From Vitrella brassicaformis CCMP3155 (taxonomy: Eukaryota; Protista; Chromerida): DNA of 64,000 bases. The notes beneath the pieces are model-generated. The model was given only the letters and a program-made list of their open reading frames with translations, was not told the DNA's origin and did no database searches. Numbering within the stretch: the stretch's first letter is position 1; every line of letters starts with the position of its first letter. Shown here in pieces: positions 59,759-64,000 of the stretch. The stretch spans positions 1 to 64,000 of the forward strand of contig CDMY01000338.1 of the NCBI GenBank assembly GCA_001179505.1, given 5' to 3'. Made by a program: the position numbers and the translations under genes.

Positions 59759-62700
59759 ATGGCTGACATCGACGGCAGCTCTTCTCCCCTCCCTCCCCAC
59801 CCCTCCGGGCCCTCCCGCACCTATCCCGAAGCACGGCTGCCGCATCTTCAGGCCAGCAGGGCGCGGAACGCCATGTATGTCACGTCGAGAGGCACCATCG
59901 TTGAGCCGCTGCTCGAACGACGCTTCAAGCCAATGACCCAGACCACCGACAGCCCACAGCAGACAGAGAGGAAGACCGCCACATCTCAACACACCCGCCC
60001 ACGCACCAAAGGTGCGAGGAAGCTGTCGGCACAGACCTTCCCGTATGAAGCCAGGTTCGCCCGGTCGCCCCAGCCGGTGCAGGCGCGTGTGACGAGGCAT
60101 TCCCTTCTGCATCCTTTGACACTTGGAGATCCTGTAGATTCTGCTGATAAGAAGCAGAATGGTGGTGGTGCTGGTGGTGCTGTGGTTGGTGAGGATCGTG
60201 AAGCGGGCGAGAAGGAGAGGGCGGTGCTGCGGGAGATGGAGGAGGTCGCAGCGGTGCCTGTGGAGACACCGAGCCCTCTTCTGCTGCATCCGGCTGTACA
60301 GACCGCAGCAAGTAACGGGACGCGAGTAAGCACACACACACACGAGAGAGAGAGAGAGAGAGAGAGACATCTCCCCTGCACAGACACACCGACATTTTCT
60401 CTTTGCTCTTTGCTCTTTCTCTGTGGTGCTGCGTGCAGGTGGTTGTGATGAGTGAGGACGCCTGGAACCGCATCAAGCGCGTCGTCAGCACCGCCGTCGA
60501 CGCCAAGAACACCGCCGAGGCAAAACACCGCGAGGCACAGAACAAGCTCCTCTTCACCAAGAAAATCGACGACCTCGAGTACAGAGTCGCCAAACTCCAG
60601 TCCGAACGCATCGAGCTCCTACGGGACCTCGGCACACGCGAGGCCGCCTTCTCGTCATCCTTCTGCCTGAAAGCCCGGCTGGAGGCCTGCAAAGTGGCGA
60701 GCATTGGCATGGTGGATGCGCTGGAGGCCTCCCTCAAGACAGTGCAGGAGCAGAAGCATGTCGAGGAGAAACTGGAGGAGGGCATGACACACCTGGGGAG
60801 GTTCGAGCACAACGAGCGGAAGGCGCTCGACGCGAGAATGGTGGATGAGGCGCTGGCTGGTGACGAGGAGGCAGTATCCGCGTCGGATGACGTCGGCAGG
60901 GAGGCCGCGCAGTGGCTGCGGTGCGTCATGGGAGGGATGGAGTCGCATGAGGGGAGCATGGTGCTGCACCGGTCCTCGGGGATCATCAAGGTGACAGGCA
61001 AGGCCGATCCGAGCTCGGGCGAGGGCCGATACTGCGTTGTGACCATCTATATCACCTTTCTTGCCATGCCGGTGGGTCGGGTCGGTGGGGAAAAAGATAC
61101 TTTACGACAAAGGGAACCATGGGAAGAGTGGGTAAGGGAGTGTCTTTGCTTTATCTTCAGGGTGCGTATGTTCCTTCGGCAGGTGAGGGTGCCCCGTTCC
61201 ATCCACCGACGTACCTCGAGCACTCCAGACAAGCGGTAGGCGAGCCAAAAGGCTCGATACCTTGCCCTCCCTCACTGCTGTGGTGATGGTCAGGGATACT
61301 CCCGCGATCCTGTCAGCCCCGGCGCCAGCCCGTGTTCACCGCACGGAGCCGCGGCGGGCGTCCCTTCTGTCATGCCTGAGCTGATTCTGGTGGTGTTCGA
61401 CGTCATGGTGAGTCAGCCCGGCGTCATTATTCTCCGCCAACCGGTACCCTGTCTCTTTTTCTGTGTGCCTGTGTGTGTCAGGCGTCGACACACTATTGGG
61501 TACCGCTGCCTCTCGACATTCAGGTGGGCTGACCCGAGCCGACCTGCCTCTGCCTCTGCCTGTCTGTATGTCATCGGATGGATGAATGTTTTCAGGCGAC
61601 ATCAGTGGACGACCTGGCTCAGCAAGTCATCCCTGACTGCCACTTCTCGGTTCGTCGGTTCGGTACCCCTCCCTCTCACACACACACATTAAATAACTAC
61701 CAGGGGGCGTAACGTCCCTGCGTGTGCGTCTCCCTCCCTCGGGTCAGGCTGAGGACTCCAACGGCCATCTTCAGTTTACCTTTGCCTTTGCCGGCCGGCA
61801 CAGGCCATCCGGTGCTCTTGTGTGGAAGGGACACATGGTGCTGCAGACCAGGCATGGCGATCATGGCGATTCAGCAGGCCAAGGCAGAGGGAGACAACAC
61901 GAAGGAGCCAGTAGTGGCCGGTTTGTTGAGATCACCATCAGCGAGGGGCCGTGCAGATACTTCACTGTCAGGTGAGGACGGACACACGATGAAGGGATGG
62001 ATGGATGGATGGTTCTGTCCATCTGGTGGATTGGGTTTGTGTCTCGCTGTCGTGCACGCCGCATGGCATGGATGTAGGGCTTTTGACCCGGCGGCATGTG
62101 AGCTGTATAGCTCATTTGTCGACAGAGACACGATTGAGGTATGAGATGTGCCTGTGCACCGAGAGACGAGCAACAGCCCACGGAGCGCCTGTCCGTGCCC
62201 TGTGGCCGCTCTCTCTCAGGATCTGGTTGAGTGCGAGGACGACGGCGGCAGTGACGCCGATACCTCCCCTACTGGTGGCTCCAAAAGCACGACAGTAAGT
62301 GACCAAACAACCAAGCCCCCCTTCATCTCACAAACATACATACAAACATACATACCCCCTCTCTCCTTTCCTCACTCAGGTGAAAGCCATCCTCCGGCAC
62401 CTCTTCCTGGACCTGCGCGCCAACACCCTCGCCCTTGACGAGGACATCATCGCCGAAAACGCTAGAATCCAGGCAACATCCCTCTCGCCAACACCGCGCT
62501 CGTCGGTCCCCCTGACGGCCGCGACGAGCGCCACTCCGCCGCATAAGGCGTTCCAGGCGATGGAGGAGGATCGGCGGTGTGTGGTGTTCCGGCAGGCTAG
62601 TGCCATGGGAGAGAGAGGGGGAGACAAGAGGGGAGGGAGATACCACCTGGCGATAGTGCAGGCTAATCTGCATAAGAAACGGCTCAAGATTGTCGTGTAC

Positions 62701-63156
62701 GCGACATTGAAATGTGTGTGTGTGGTTGGATTGGGAGCTTCTCCTCTCTCGGCTTTCCTTCTTTTTCAGGTATGACCCGAGCGCAGCGATCGAAGATAGG
62801 CGTGACAGCGCCGAAAGCGATCGCGACGGCTCGCCGTCAACAGGCGCCGTCTGGACAAGAGAACTGCCCCTCGTGAGCACCACCCATCCCCCACACCCCT
62901 GACACACCCACATACCTACCACACACGGATGTCTCTCTCCCTTCGCTGCCCATTGCAGGAGCCGACCCTCCAGGCGATGAAAGACCCCAATGCCTCCACT
63001 GCCCTGCAATGGGCTCGGCGCAGCAGCACAGAGGGACTGCTGCACGAGGGAGAGGGCGAGGATGAGGGCAGGGCTGCGCTGCAGAGGGCGATGAAGGTTA
63101 TAGTGGAGAGGCTGTCGATGGAGAAGGACGGCAGTCTCACCGTCAAGCTGGCCTGA
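59759..63156 (+). CDS. Hypothetical multi-exon protein with a coiled-coil region; start uncertain
   Basis: Long protein-like ORFs 59678-60448 and 60403-61239 (KKIDDLEYRVAKLQSERIELLRDL), further plus-strand exons with GT-AG microsatellite introns, final exon ending MEKDGSLTVKLA*. Confidence 0.55.
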
Positions 63157-63408
63157 ATCACTATGGTGGTGCATGGCGTGTGGTGTCTGTGTGCCTGTGG
63201 GTGTGGGGTGTGGAGTGTGGCGTGCTCGCCTGTGTGTCTCTCTGTTGGTCTGTGTGTGAGTTTATTGGAACGTCTGACGCACACACACACACACACACAT
63301 CACATCGATCCACATCGACGTATGTATTTGTCCACCCTCTCTCTTCTGCGTATATATTGACACCAGACATATCTTACACGATGGATGCGCTCACACACAA
63401 TTAATTGC

Positions 63409-63929
63409 TCACGCCTTCCCCCCACCACCCTCGCCACGCACCAGCCCCCCCACCAGCTCCCTCAACAAGATCCTGTCAGCATGAAACCGGCGCAAAGACA
63501 GGCCGCCCCCGCCCTGCAGCCACATGGAGTCCCCCTGGCCCTCAGGGTCGATCTGGGCGTCCCTCGCAGCGAACCCATTGACTCGCCAGGCCCGTCTCAG
63601 GAGAGTGAGCGTCCAGAGTGCCTTGTTGTGGGACGAGGCCGTCCGCTGCCACAGGTTGCCTTCGACAGTCAGGTGGCCGAACCCGCAGCGGAAAATGTAC
63701 TCCACAAAACCTGAAAGACCACCACAAGCAAGCGCTGCTCATTGGATGGGATGGCAGGCGCTTCAATTGTGTGTCGTGTCTCGTACGTACCCTCAAAGTA
63801 CATTTTGCCGAGACACACATTCGGGGGCGGCTCCGCCCAACTCTTTTTCCGTGGTCCACTACTGCTGATGCTCCCAGCGGTGTGGGGCGGGCCGGGTGGC
63901 GGAGCAGTGGCAGCAAGGACAGACGGCAT
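63409..63929 (-). CDS. Possible 3' exons of a minus-strand gene running off the window
   Basis: NVCLGKMYFE|GFVEYIFRCGFGHLTVEGNLWQR can be joined across gtacgt...ctttcag. No family recognised. Confidence 0.25.
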
Positions 63930-64000
63930 CCGTGATGACGATCGGGGTGCGCCTGCCCCGCTAGGTGGGTGTGTGAGGGGGCGGGTTGAGAGGGAGAGGG

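Noticed and set aside
1-64000. Viral or endogenous-virus origin of the RdRP; tRNA/rRNA genes; alternative genetic code
   Set aside because: The RdRP has the cellular DLDGD double-psi-barrel motifs and many spliceosomal introns. No cloverleaf or rRNA-like segments were seen. TAA, TAG and TGA all terminate well-supported genes.

Overview
This is a GC-rich, intron-dense eukaryotic window. Introns are short GT-AG types filled with (CA)n, (GACA)n and (GGAT)n microsatellites. Gene content (oocyst-wall protein, bipartite plastid-targeting leaders, Tctex1, RNAi RdRP) fits a photosynthetic relative of apicomplexans, most likely Vitrella brassicaformis (inference, not verified). I assembled about 24 spliced genes by hand from the ORF track and splice sites. 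The top candidate is one 13-exon minus-strand gene (24027-30921, 1921 aa, every splice phase consistent) that appears to encode ORC3, a PHD-Zn-knuckle-PHD (PZP) nucleosome-reader module and ORC2 in a single polypeptide. Next is a very large RNAi RNA-dependent RNA polymerase (1539-13904) with an FN3-containing insertion of about 700 aa and a disordered tail of about 590 aa. Other observations: a TPM gene whose canonical Gly-rich/Trp end lies beyond an in-frame TAA, a bacterial short-type argininosuccinate lyase, strictly alternating orientation across about 20 genes, and AGATCT and telomere-like motifs in divergent promoters. All family assignments come from remembered motifs, with no database search. 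I saw no rRNA, tRNA, CRISPR array or clear transposon.
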